From Octopus sinensis (lineage: Eukaryota): a stretch of 64,000 bases of DNA. Position numbers and translations under genes: made by a program. The first letter of the stretch is position 1; each line of letters starts with the position of its first letter. Where the stretch lies: positions 109,802,001 to 109,866,000 of the forward strand of contig NC_043002.1 in NCBI RefSeq assembly GCF_006345805.1, in the 5' to 3' direction. A model generated the notes under the pieces. The model was given only the letters and a program-made list of their open reading frames with translations, was not told where the DNA came from and did not search any database. Positions 23,701 through 34,680 of the stretch are shown in pieces.

Positions 23701-24131
23701 TCAAGGACAGTGTTAAAGTCCCCTACTAGGATTACCGTTTTCGACGTCGCTAAAAAGGGCTCCAGGTTCCGAAAAAAACCCGCCTGTCTACTCTCGTTCG
23801 GAGCGTAGACAGCTACCAACCTGAAGGACTGTTTACTTACGTGTGTCACATCCAGAACAACCAGCCTGCCTTCTGGGTCCAGAAAGACAGTACTTACCTG
23901 TAAGTCCAAGCTCTTCCTGATAAGGACTGCCACGCCTCTGCCTCTTCCTCGGCTAGGAGAAATAAATTTCTCGAAGCCATTTAGAAGAGGCGAGAACGCT
24001 TGGGCCCCGTTCATCTTGGACTCGGTTGCAATAGCTATATCAACACCATGTGTCGTGAGGTCGTGCAGGAAGCAAATTTGCTTCCATTTCGACCCCATTC
24101 CACGTACATTTATACAACCCAACTTAGCCAT
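20742..24131 (-). CDS. LINE ORF2: APE endonuclease, reverse transcriptase and C-terminal zinc finger (1129 aa, intact)
   Basis: EN motifs NVRG, VYAPN, GDFN, SYLDRIF, SDH; RT motifs PGLDG, YRPITLLN, LDQSKAFDRV, RQGCPLSP, YADD; CPRC-X7-H-X4-C. Confidence 0.97.
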   Translation of the reverse strand: MAKLGCINVRGMGSKWKQICFLHDLTTHGVDIAIATESKMNGAQAFSPLLNGFEKFISPSRGRGRGVAVLIRKSLDLQVSTVFLDPEGRLVVLDVTHVSKQSFRLVAVYAPNESRQAGFFRNLEPFLATSKTVILVGDFNTVLEARVDSVGSTNRKGNPSLKGLLESFDLVDRYRLDEPSVPQWTWSNNDGSRRSYLDRIFIKKRDKDTFSCPQFHIVPYSDHKFVTCEMQLDKCHRQGPGYWKLNKAILNCEDFRTRIKVLVQRALCGAIINNRWWHSLKRAIRAESVRFSNQLRIDRASLEGDLVKNLDEAMEAGSASGVLAARTVLYRHLNSKHEGCRVRAKLRAGKREGINVAGWARRVESQRGNKASIKSLTDEQGQKIYGQEEMQKFLHQHFARVFGGGVAPERGRTLKDFLAGGPRLSGREAECCEGAITPAEIEGILAGCAGEKSPGLDGLPYEFYQSMPDLFGGILAGVYTNWQQNGRIPSSVSRGVVTLIHKDPSKGDIISNYRPITLLNVELKILAKVLAKRLTVVVEKLVGRAQTCAIPGRSIQDNLHLIRYTLDRVGKLTGKGGVMVHLDQSKAFDRVDHEYLATVLEAAGLGPEFRGWISAMYSGIKSTVQINGYLTEPFSIECSVRQGCPLSPLLYVLALEPLLRKLERLGSNSNVIGGGRSVTAYADDVTLIVSNEAQLPCVEEAIRGYEAVAGAKVNKDKSVGLRLGTWRSKSISSSVVGHWTDGPVKLLGVWFGPDSQTERNWSEVTSKVEAIVRTWSGRSLSLKGRAEVVQMFIASVITYRLTVVPCPGSWLNKLERILFRFLWKGGKPLVRRSVCCQEPLKGGLGMPWLMMRRHALRLKHLWHHLEGDKVWSPLAGKFFPRPASLTDFKPGRIKRRKLTLWQRECRQALTLIHKAGKAGCGNTTSVFYRRLVEAKNDDVLGGALGFDEDQLTNLFKKTFRTGYLDNFQRSLAWQCYRNALPVREKLSRHGIPVPPTCPRCELDDETVQHAFVHCRKLSDLISYAEHVLSHLGRVQLSAESMIKMIPPTGLSKEGEACFHCTVAVVKECMWRTRMEGVAIGTFVSGPGLLTYFRYHLRSKMGLEKRSLPRGVYDKRWKEVERKVGVRNPA

Positions 24132-24159
24132 TGTAGGTGAGAGAGAAAAATAAATGTAC

Positions 24160-24686
24160 TCACGGTTGGGAAAGGGAGCATGACAGTTTAAATCTGCCTG
24201 CTTCCCCTTCTTCCTCCCTTGTAGTTGCTGCTGCAGGGCTCTTGACCGGCGTTGCCACCGGGCTCTGGGTGGGTGTGGTTGCCGGGGTTATTACAAGTTT
24301 GCCCTCCATTACTTCTTTAGTCACGTCTCTGATCAGTCGGTTCTTTAGATGCTCTTGAAGCACTTCTTCCTTCCACTCGTCTTCCTTTATTTTCGCGAAG
24401 CGAGTGGTTGCTTTTATATCTGTAGCCTTACTATATAACATAAATTTTGAAAGTTTATAATATTTATAAACTCTTTCATTTTTCTCATCGAAAGCTATGA
24501 TCTTCTCATTTTTTTTTAACGATTTTTTTACGTCTTGTTTTATGGGGAGGGGCTTGGCAAACTGTTTTCCAATGAAAACAGTGCCATGGGGGTAGGGCTG
24601 GGGGATTTGCTTGGTGTGTGTGTCTGCTGTGCTTGCTGTTTTTTTCTTTGTTTGGGGAGGGGAGTCCGGGGTGTTGTCTTTTTTTT
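24160..24686 (-). CDS. Probable true ORF1 C-terminus (shifted frame)
   Basis: Open frame DNTPDSPPQTKKK...SLSQP ending 28 bp before the ORF2 ATG; deleting one A joins it to ORF1 (478 aa). Confidence 0.7.
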
Positions 24687-25597
24687 CTTTTATGTGTGAC
24701 TTGAGTGTAGTCCATTTGTTCGGTACAGTCCGTTTTTGTTTCAATACTTGTCTTCGTCTTGTTGTTATCCTTCTCTGTCTTCTCCCCTTCAGTGCTGGGA
24801 ACACTTTGAGGAGGCGCTTCATCTGTTTTCTTCTTTTTTATGCAGTTCGATCGGACGTGACCCTTCTCTCCACACTTAAAACATCTGGGTCTACGTCCCT
24901 CTACTGATACTCTCATGGATGTTCCGTCTTCATTGAATATCCTATCGGGTAGGTTTTCTAGAATTTTGTTTTCCGCCTGCACGAGGAGTTCCAGGGTCTG
25001 TCCCTTCCATCGTACCACCTCTTTCTTTCTCATCTGCAGTATCGAGATTTCCCGTTCAATATTGTGCAGGACCGCTGCTGCTACCCACATAATGTCGTAC
25101 CCTCTGGTTATGTCTTCGACCAGCAGTTTTGCTGTACGTTTTCCCATGTACGAAGGTAGCAGCATGATGTCGTCGTTTTTCAGGGTCAACGACGACACCT
25201 CTCTCGCTACCTCGGCTGTGTCAAAATGTGCCTCAACCGTAGCACTACGCGCACCTCGGACGAGATGACGAATTTTGTCCCACACCGGGGACAGGCACTT
25301 TTCCACCATTTCATTTCTTACGTCCATTATCTTCTTCTCTTTGAAGCTGTATACTTTATAAATGACTGTTTTTTCTTTAATCTCTTGTACCTTTGCCTGC
25401 GGCGGTACAAGCCTGATTTCTCCTCCTTCCACCTTCACCAGGTTCCTGAATTCGAACAATTGTTCGATTTTGAACTCCACATCCATCATAGCACCGCCCA
25501 CCGCGGCCGAAAATGACTGTTTTGGTACTTCTGTTTCCTTATTTTCACTTTTTCCCATCACGGGAAAATCCTCCTTCGACGTCAAGTCGAAATCCAT
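24506..25597 (-). CDS. LINE ORF1 (gag-like), N-terminal frame, 363 aa from M at 25597
   Basis: CX2CX4HX4C knuckle CFKCGEKGHVRSNC; probably frameshifted at the A8 run 24679-24686. Confidence 0.85.
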   Translation of the reverse strand: MDFDLTSKEDFPVMGKSENKETEVPKQSFSAAVGGAMMDVEFKIEQLFEFRNLVKVEGGEIRLVPPQAKVQEIKEKTVIYKVYSFKEKKIMDVRNEMVEKCLSPVWDKIRHLVRGARSATVEAHFDTAEVAREVSSLTLKNDDIMLLPSYMGKRTAKLLVEDITRGYDIMWVAAAVLHNIEREISILQMRKKEVVRWKGQTLELLVQAENKILENLPDRIFNEDGTSMRVSVEGRRPRCFKCGEKGHVRSNCIKKKKTDEAPPQSVPSTEGEKTEKDNNKTKTSIETKTDCTEQMDYTQVTHKRKKRQHPGLPSPNKEKNSKHSRHTHQANPPALPPWHCFHWKTVCQAPPHKTRRKKIVKKK

Positions 25598-25777
25598 TAC
25601 CTCGAAGGTAATAAAAATACAGGTAATACAATACAAATTTTCTGCCCCGTAGGGCGAAAATTACCGTTATACAACGGGCACTGTTCAAAACAATCAACAC
25701 AAACAACAATAGCACAAATACGAACTCTCTTAAATAAAGGCAGCTAATTCCTCAGAACGCAGATGAAAAAAGTAACT

Positions 25778-25794
25778 CCGTAGAATTCGTCGTA
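25778..25794 (+). repeat. LINE target-site duplication, 5' side
   Basis: ccgtagaattcgtcgta. Confidence 0.95.
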
Positions 25795-26020
25795 GCATGT
25801 ACGAATGTTTATCTTTACATATCTATGAAAATGGCGGGCTTATTCGCAATGCATTTCGGTAACAATCTGCCTATTCGGAACAAAAATTCAGTATTGAACT
25901 ATTCCGGTGTAAAATATAAATTTAAAATTAAGGATAAAATCTTTATAAGAAATTATCAGTAGTTAGCGTGAAAAAACTAACTACTACTGATAATTTCTTA
26001 TAAAGATTTTATGCTTAATT

Positions 26021-26064
<44 letters not shown>

Positions 26065-26633
26065 AAGGTTTGGAGGTGATGTACAGGTATTATATATTAG
26101 AAGAAATAAGGTACTCAAAAATCTGGATGGTTTTATATTTACAGATTTTTATTAATGTCACATGTTTTTATAAATCATATATTAGCGCTTGCATCTACTC
26201 TAGTAGAATTTGAAGAATCCACCAGAGTAGATGCAAGCGCTATATATATATGATTTGTAAAAACATGTGACATATTAATAAAAATCTGTAAATATAAAAC
26301 CATCCAGATTTCTGAGTACCTTATTTCTTCTAATATATATATATACATATCATTTGAATCGACACTCGTCTGCGTATGTATAGATCATGTACCTATTCAC
26401 GTAGACACGTGTAGGTACATACATACATACATAAATACATACATAGATATACGACTCTGTGTGTGCTCGCGTGCGCATGCGTCTTCCCCTTTGTCTTGCT
26501 TCTGTAGATGAATATTGTTTTTAGCAGAAAATATGAGAAATGTTGTTATTTTGGATATAAAATATGAAAAATTACCAACGATATGAAATCCGTATACGGA
26601 TGTTAATGAAACATTCGTATATGCTCTCCCATC

Positions 26634-26801
26634 ATAGGCGCAGGAGTGGCTGTGTGGTAAGTAGCTTGTCTACCAACCACATGGTTCCGGGTTCAGTCCC
26701 ACTGCGTGGCACCTTGGGCAAGTGTCTTCTACTATAGCCTCGGGCCGACCAAAGCCTTGTGAGTGGATTTGGTAGACGGAAACTGAAAGAAGCCCGTCGT
26801 A

Positions 26802-26859
<58 letters not shown>

Positions 26860-27094
26860 TGTGTGTGTGTGTGTGTGTTCGTGTGTCTGTGTTTGTCCCC
26901 CTAGCATTGCTTGACAACCGATGCTGGTGTGTTTATGTCCCCGTTACTTAGCGGTTCCGCAAAAGAGACCGATAGAATAAGTACTGGGCTTACAAAAGAA
27001 TAAGTCCTGGGGTCGAGATGCTCGATTAAAGGCGGTGCTCCAGCATGGCCGCTCTCAAATGACTGAAACAAGTAAAAGAGTAAAAGAGAGAGTA
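26634..27094 (+). mobile_element. SINE family A (right arm)
   Basis: Mirror of 16794-17243. Confidence 0.9.
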
Positions 27095-27539
27095 TCATAT
27101 ATACGTGTACATAGTCTATTTACAGTTCGTTGCTCAAATTTCGGCTCGGTTAAGCGAATGGGCTCGTAGTTACTTAACGCGTGCGTAGTCTGCTCGTAAT
27201 TCGTTGATCAAATTTTAGATTGTCCTGCCACTTTAATTTTCTCCGGAAAAACCGTTCACTATTGAATTTATTCATTTAGAGAACCGTTCGTATATGGATA
27301 CCGCACATTATATCTAAACAAAAGGAAAAAGATGGCCACAGCTGGAACACACTTGATCATTAGCAGGGCTGTCGAAGCCGCATTATTGGTTCCCGGGCAA
27401 ATCAATACACAAGGTCTATACTATATACTTATTAGCAACAAACCACAGAATACAGAGATCTGAATTGGGCCCCTTGACCTGTGAGGCCCCCTGGCAACTG
27501 CCTAATGTGTCCATGCCTTAAGGCAGCATAGGTCAGCAG

Positions 27540-27780
27540 TCTTTCTTATTTCTTTATTGCCCACAAGGGGGTAAACATAGAGGGGACAAATAAGGACAGA
27601 CAAAGGGATTAAGTCGATTACATCGACCCCAGTGCGTAACTGGTACTTATTTAAATCGACCCCGAAAGGATGGAAGGCAAAGTCGACCTCGGCGGAATTT
27701 GAACTCAGAACGTAACGGCAGACGAAATACCACTAGGCATTTCGCCCGGCGTGCTAACAGTTCTGCCAGCTCGCCGCCTT
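27540..27780 (-). mobile_element. SINE family C monomer (collapsed from the dimer seen in the left arm)
   Basis: 5' half matches left-arm unit 1 (ttccatcc, tttaaataag); 3' half matches unit 2 (tatttgtcccctctatgtttaccccc). Confidence 0.85.
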
Positions 27781-27828
27781 CTGCTGCATCAAGACTGGCT
27801 GGGAGTTTTATGTCATTCAATATTAATG

Positions 27829-28206
27829 TGGAAGCACTCCGTCGGTTACGACGACGAGGGTTCCGGTTGATCCGATCAACGGAACAGCCTGCTCGTGAAA
27901 TTAACGTGAAAGTGGCTGAGCACTCCACAGACACGTGTACCCTTAACGTAGTTCTCGGGGATATTCAGCGTGACACAGAAAGTGACAAGGCCGGCCCTTT
28001 GAAATACAGGTACAACTGAAACAGGAAGTAAGAGAAAGTTGTGGTAAAAGAGTACAGCAGGGATCACCACCATCCCTGCCGGAACCTCGTGGAGCTTTTA
28101 GGTGTTTTCGCTCAATAAACACTCACAACGCCCGGTCTGGGAATCGAAACCGCGATCCTACGACTGCGAGTCCGCTGCCCTAACCACTGTGCCATTGCGC
28201 CTCCAC
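27829..28206 (-). mobile_element. tRNA-derived SINE family B, full length with TSD
   Basis: Head gtggaggcgcaatggcacagtggttagg; TSD tcaatattaat at 27817-27827 and 28207-28217. Confidence 0.9.
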
Positions 28207-28709
28207 TCAATATTAATAAATATAGTTTATTTTGAAATTTTTAAAAATAAATATTCTCTCAAAAATTAATATGTCCACATTAAGACATTAAGGTTTGTGT
28301 AGGATATCTTTAATATCGATCTCTAGTTATTTTAATTGATTTCTTTATCATCTTACTCAGCAGTTAACTCACAGTAATTCAGATTGGCTTCCTTGAAGTC
28401 ATTTTCAGTGATATTTGTTGCAATTCATTATTATATACACATCGCCTGTACGATCTTACACCCTCATGACTGTGTAGATCGTGAGATAGTCAACAGCTTC
28501 GCATACAATATATATGTATTCTCTGCTTGCTATCTACGCCCCTTGTCGGTTATATTTGACAGCTTCTTGTAAAGGAATGTCTGATATTTTTCAGACAACA
28601 GATAAATACTTGTCATATTCTGTCTGCCTCTACGTTTCCTGTAGAGGTGTGTTTACATTTAGCAATACCTGGTAGATTGGCAGCAATAGCAGCACCCCCC
28701 CCCACCCGC

Positions 28710-28985
28710 GCACGAACGCATACCACCACCACCGCCGCCGCCACCGCCGCCGTCACCGCCACCGCCGCCGCCACCGCCGCCGACACCATCACCACCACCA
28801 CCACCACCACCGCCGCCGCCGCCGACATCACCACCGCCACCACCAGCACCACCACCACAACCGCCGCCACCGCCACCAGCACCAGCACCAGCACCACCAC
28901 CACCACCGCCGCCGCCGACACCACCACCAGCAGCAGCAGCAGCAGCACCACCACCACCACCACCACCACCACCATCGTTGCTGCC
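28710..28985. repeat. (ACC/GCC/AGC)n trinucleotide tract
   Basis: Direct reading. Confidence 0.9.
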
Positions 28986-29115
28986 GTCGTCCTTAGTTGA
29001 AACAGTCCGTGTTAATTTTTCTGGCGCATTACAATCTAAGTTCAAATTCCGCCGTGATATAATCGACTACACTTCTCCCCCAAAATTTCAGGCCTTGTGC
29101 CAATTGTAGAAATTA

Positions 29116-29700
29116 TTCTGGAATATTGCCAGGCGCTCATTGCTCTCTACCAGTCGAACAATACGGTCGGTGGAAGTTCTGGGGTAACAACAATATATAG
29201 AAATCTAGTGGTGGGTAAGAGCGATGACATTCTCGGGGAAAACCCTTGACGTCAACGAGGATCAACTTGCTGGTCTGTTTCAGAGGACACTCGGGCCTGG
29301 TAGTATCATTGATAACTTCCAGAAATCCCTGGTCTGGCAGTGCTACCAAGGAACACTGCCAGTTCGAAATATGCTCTACAGGCACGGAAAACCGCTGATG
29401 AGCGGGAGTGTCCGAGATGCGCTCAGAGCGAGGAAACCGTTCCGCATGCACTTGTGCAGTGTCCGAGTTTTGCTGACTTGTTGAGGTATATCGAACAGCT
29501 GTTATCACGTGTCGGGAAAATCCTACTATCGGCAGAATTTATCGTGAGGATCACCCTAGCACCCACCTTTAACAAATCAGGATGGGCAGTGTTCTTTTGT
29601 CTAGTGGCTATAGCGAAAGAAGTTGCATGGTAAACAAGGCTGAAAGGAATGAGGAAAGACAGCTTCCTCTTCGGTCAAGCTCCCATCGACTTTGTTTTAG
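29116..29700 (+). pseudogene. 5'-truncated degenerate L1/Tx1 ORF2 C-terminal fragment (related family)
   Basis: DQLAGLFQRT...DNFQKSLVWQCYQGTLPVR and ECPRCAQSEETVPHALVQC align with ORF2 DQLTNLFKKT...DNFQRSLAWQCYRNALPVR and TCPRCELDDETVQHAFVHC. Confidence 0.85.
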
Positions 29701-29769
29701 CCATCCCTGTGGCTAATTAAAGACATTATTATTATTATTATTATTATTGTTTGTTTTGGTTTGTTTTGG

Positions 29770-30175
29770 TGTTGTTTTTACTGTATTGAAAGTTTACTGT
29801 TTGTTATATATATATTCGTAAGTCCTGGTGTTTTGGTTATGTATTTGTCTGTATGTTTTCTAACCATACTTAATGCACCTACTATGACAGGGTTTATTTG
29901 TGCCTTCAGATCCTACATTCGTGTTATCTCCATTTCCAGATCTGTGTATTCTTTTTGTTTTCGAGATACAGTATCATCTGTTGGGACTGATATGATGATT
30001 AGAAGACATTTTCCATTTTGGTGTCTCTGACAACAATATCTGGCATATTTGCCTTGATCTCTCTATCTGTGTGCATTGGCATACTTCACAATATGGTTGC
30101 TTTGTCATTTTCTGAGACCTTTTTTGGAGAATGCTTATACCAGGTTTTTCCTGTTGTCATTCAGTTGTGCTTCCA
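29770..30175 (-). pseudogene. R4/Dong-like LINE restriction-like endonuclease (RLE) relic
   Basis: HTDREIKANMPDIVVR...DLEMEITRM...PVIVGAL; (AAT)n at its 3' end (29725-29748). Confidence 0.7.
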
Positions 30176-30179
30176 TATA

Positions 30180-30675
30180 TCTATATATATAAAACTGTAG
30201 TTGTGTGAGTGTCTGTCCCCTTCGATTTAGATTCCTAACTACTCCCACATTTTGCGGTGCAGTTTAACCAAATTCGGGTATCTTATAGTCGTGATTCATA
30301 TCGAACCCGTCTGGCTATTAGCGCGCGTCTACGATGAGTCTACGATTTTAAAAATAATTTAACATCATTTTTTATTCCATTTTAATGCATATTTTTTCGT
30401 GTGTCGATGGCGGCGGAGTTGGCGTCCACGCTCACACCTGCACCTGTTTGCTTCTCCCCCTTCTTCCCTCCCTCGTGAAGCTGTGGGGAAGGGAGTGTAA
30501 GGAAATCAACGTCATAAAGCGTTGTCAAGGAGACCAGCGTTCTTTTAGAACAACGACTTCATTTTTTATTCCATTTTTAATGCATTTTTTTGCTATTTTT
30601 TTGCTATAACTCTCTAAAAATGCTTATATAGTTATTTCCCTTACAAACCCGAGCAACGCCGGGCGATACTGCTAG
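30180..30675 (+). mobile_element. Non-autonomous Helitron H1 with internal GC-rich module
   Basis: A|TC...CTAG|T with subterminal hairpin. Confidence 0.85.
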
Positions 30676-31139
30676 TAGCTTATATACAGCTTGAGCACTG
30701 AAGTTGATGTAATCGACGACACCCCTCCCCCACCCAAATTTCAACCTTGTGTCTATAGAAAAAAGCATCATCTCCATAGTCATCATCATCATCATCAACA
30801 ACAACATCATCTAGGAGTCCTATTTTTACTGCGTCTCTACGCAATTTTGGATTTGCACAAAATCACAGATCCTACTTGTGTACTTTCTAATGAATCGAAA
30901 GTCCTCTACGTACTCTCACTCAACTGTCCCAGCTGATCCTCTTGAAATTCTTAGAGTTTCAGCGTCACACAGACTATGACAAGGTTGGCCGTATGAAAAG
31001 GACACAACGCAGCACCGGGAATCGAACTCACAACAATATGATCGTGAGGCAAATGTCCTAACCACTAAGCCACGCGCCTTGACGTACATTCGGTACGAAC
31101 ATGGTGTGTCTATTTTTAAATCATGTTATTTCTGCATTT

Positions 31140-31870
31140 AGTTCTATTTTTTTTTGTGTTATGTATACTTATTGCTGCAGTTTTGTATTTTTAAACCAAT
31201 CCCCCGAGGTTCGTATTATTCTTCACAATAATCTCTTTTTAGCCCCCACATTCAGGTTATCTCTATTTTACGATCATTACATTTGGATAATTTTTAGATT
31301 TCTTTTCGAGATACTTTATCGTCTGATAAACCTAAATACTTTGGTCAGGAGGCACCTCTTTTCCTGGCAATCATAGACAAAAATATCCAGTCGATAACCC
31401 TTGACCTTTCAGTGTATGAACATGAGTATATCACAGACACTGGTTGCTTTCTCGTTTACGCACACCTTTCCTACTTTATGCGTATAGAACCACCTTTCTA
31501 TTAGTATCTCGCAACGCTGCTGTACCACCCCGCGTAAGAACACCCCTACTCCCTCTCGTCTAAAACCGGAGGAGCCCAATACAATGTTGTTAATTGTTCT
31601 TTCTCTCCGTATTTTTCACTTATTCTATTCTCGTTCATTACTTGCTTTTGGTGGTTGCTTCTCGTAAAGGTGTGGCAATCAGAAATTCTTCAAACACTGT
31701 TATATATTCATGCTTTTCTCAGCCAGCGCTACGACTATTCTTTATCCGTTTCCACAGTCTTTAATTTCTTTTTGGTAATCTCCATGCCGAGACTTTGCTT
31801 GTCCCTCTGTGGCCCCAGTTTCAGCTTAGTTTTAACTTTCCCATAATTGCTGTTGCTGCTTTTTTTTTAA
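31140..31870 (-). pseudogene. R4/Dong-like LINE 3' relic
   Basis: ETDKE.S.RWLRK and SDDKVSRKEI.KLSKCNDRKIEIT.MWGLK match the RLE family at 29770-30175. Confidence 0.55.
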
Positions 31871-31905
31871 ATATCTCCCTACACTTGTCTGTTACTTTAG
31901 CCGCT

Positions 31906-32272
31906 GTGGAGGCGCAATGGCCCAGTGGTAAGGGCAGTGAACTCGTGGTCATAGGATCGCGGTTTCGATTCCCAGACCAGGCGTTGTGAGTGTTTATTGA
32001 GCGAAAACACCTAAAGCTCCACGAGGCTCCGGCAGGGGGTGGTAGCGAAGCCCTGCTGTATTTTTCCACCACAACTTTCTCTCACACTTTCTTCCTGTTT
32101 CTCTTGTACCAGTATTTCAAAGGGCCAGCCTTGTCACATTCTGTGTCACGCTGAATCTCCCCGAGAACGCGTGTCTGTAGAGTGCTCAGCATTTGCACGT
32201 TAATTTCAAGAGCGGGCTGTTCTGTTGATCGCATCAACTGGAACCCTCGTCGTCGCAACCGACGGAGTGCCA
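31906..32272 (+). mobile_element. SINE family B, diverged
   Basis: Head gtggaggcgcaatggcccagtgg, 3' accgacggagtgcca. Confidence 0.85.
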
Positions 32273-32645
32273 CGACTTTAAGCCCTCACTTGTCGGAAAC
32301 AGAAAACAGTTTTTTTTTGTTTTATTAGTATTTTATAGACATTACATTAGTTGTTTTTATTGATATTTACCGAATATTTTCAAGTCCTGCAGTGGATAGT
32401 TAATAACAGATTTCTATTTGTGATAAATATAACGGAGATGTACTTGCATAGCAAGTGACCTGATCTGAGATCGTGTGCTGGAACGCTTTTCCTGTTAGAT
32501 TTTGGCTACAGTATTCTCAATCCAACCAGTATACCTTAAATACACAATCAATATATGCATAATTTATACAGTGTTGTATATACAGTGTTGTATATACTGC
32601 GTACAGTTTGTGAAGTCAGTGTATATATTCACTGAGTACACATTC

Positions 32646-32860
32646 TTTTCTACTCTAGGCACAAGGCCCGGAATTTTTGGGGGAGAGGGCCAGTCAATTA
32701 GATCGACCCCAGTATGCAGCTGGTACTTAATTTATCGAACCCTGAAAAGATGAAAGGCAAAGTCGACCTCGCTCGGCGGAATTTGAACTCAGAACGTAAA
32801 GACAGACAAAATACCGCCAAGCATTATCGCCCGGCGTGCTAACGTTTCTTCCAGCTCGCT
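32646..32860 (-). mobile_element. SINE family C variant
   Basis: Reverse complement of the family C head and core. Confidence 0.75.
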
Positions 32861-32898
32861 TCCTACATTTCTCATTCGTCATTTGATTTATTTAATCA

Positions 32899-33296
32899 CT
32901 AGCAGTATCGCCCGGCGTTGCTCGGGTTTGTAAGGGAAATAACTATATAAGTATTTTTAGAGATGTAAAGTATAATAGCCATCTCAATATGGCTAACCAC
33001 AAAGGAGGGGGGGTGTTACTGTAGCCTTTTACGTTCTGAGATTTAATAATAAATTTTTAGAGAGTTACTTCCCTTATATATGCCAAAAATGCATTAAAAA
33101 TGGGAAAAATTGATGGTAAATTTTTTTTAAATCGTAGACTCATCGTAGACGCGCGCTAATACCCAGAAGGGCTCGATATGAATCACGACTATAAGATATC
33201 CGGTTTTGGTTAAACTGCACCGCAAAATGTGGAAGTAGTTAGGAATCTAAATCGTAGGAGACAGACAGCACACAACCTCACTTTTATATATAAAGA
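32899..33296 (-). mobile_element. Non-autonomous Helitron H1
   Basis: A|TC...CTAG|T on the minus strand. Confidence 0.85.
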
Positions 33297-33779
33297 TTTG
33301 ACGAAGCCCTCATTTACCATTCTCCCATTTAAACTGAGATGGCACTCGCAAAAACCTTTTACAATCCTTCCTCTTACATTAACTCTTACCACTTAGCTAA
33401 TCTATCACCCACTCTTACTGCCCTTCTCCATGCAGTCCATATTTTCTTCTCTCCTTTCCTTATTACAGCTGCCATTTTATTACATCCGTAATAAAAACAT
33501 ATATACGAAACATTAGGTTTTCATCTTCTCACAGAGAATTTATTTACTATATTTTGCGTTTGTCTACGGAATCCTATGGACATAGCATAAAACTATACAT
33601 ACATACACACAAATACACATATATAAATTCATATACGCACACATATATATGCATATATATATGTATGTATATATATAATAATATATATATATATAGATAT
33701 ATATATATATATTACATATATATATACATATATATATATATTACATATATATATATGTAATATATATATATTACATATA

Positions 33780-33825
<46 letters not shown>

Positions 33826-34601
33826 GTAGTTATATATACACACATATATGCATATATGTAGTTATATATACACACATATATGCATATATACAAATATATA
33901 TTCACAAACATATAAGCACGTACACGCACACACACACACGCATATATGTACATATAGACGTACAATATACTTACATACATGTATATACATGTACACATAC
34001 ATTTATATATTTGTCAATATGTGTATGCATATACATCTGTGTTTGTGTGTGAGTTTGTATGTATGTGTGCATGTAAACATTTAAATACACGTGTTTATAT
34101 ATGTATCCGCCCATATGAACACGCACGTTGCATAGGCGATGCTCCAGCTCAGCCTCTGCCGTGGTGCTTAACACAAACAAAAGGCCTTAAAGAGCGCAGA
34201 AAGTGCGTAGACACAGCGGTGGGCAGCTGCACAAATGAAAACATCCAATAAATAATAAGTCGCAGACATAACATTAGCCTCCCCTCCCTCCCTTCCTCAA
34301 CAATCACACATATACAGCCTTATCTCTGCAACCTATCTACACTCAAATGTATAAAGAACTATCTTATGTAATAAACACACCACACACACACACATATGTA
34401 TATATATAAGAATTCTTTGTGTAATGAGATAAAAAAACAAAGGGTGTGTAGATATTAGAACATTTATAGATAGAAGGTGTTACAGTTGTTTCCATGATAT
34501 TTATTAATAATATCCCTCATCGGAGACGGTGTGAGAGGATGGCTAAGTCATACTTAGTTGAGATGTGATGTGATACAAAATAGAGAGTGAGGTGGAGGAA
34601 A

Positions 34602-34636
<35 letters not shown>

Positions 34637-34642
34637 CCCCCC

Positions 34643-34680
<38 letters not shown>

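Larger units (their letters stand above)
20513..25777 (-). mobile_element. Full-length L1/Tx1-clade non-LTR retrotransposon (5265 bp)
   Basis: 5' UTR, ORF1 with CCHC knuckle, ORF2 EN-RT-zinc finger, 3' UTR ending aataaagaaat, perfect 17-bp TSD. Confidence 0.95.
19927..28058 (-). repeat. Right arm of large inverted duplication (interrupted by the LINE)
   Basis: Reverse complement of 15648-18502 on both sides of the LINE. Confidence 0.95.

Noticed and set aside
24123-24163. ORF1-ORF2 fusion by splicing at GTGAGT overlapping the ORF1 stop
   Set aside because: The nearest AG gives a 41-nt intron and an out-of-frame product.
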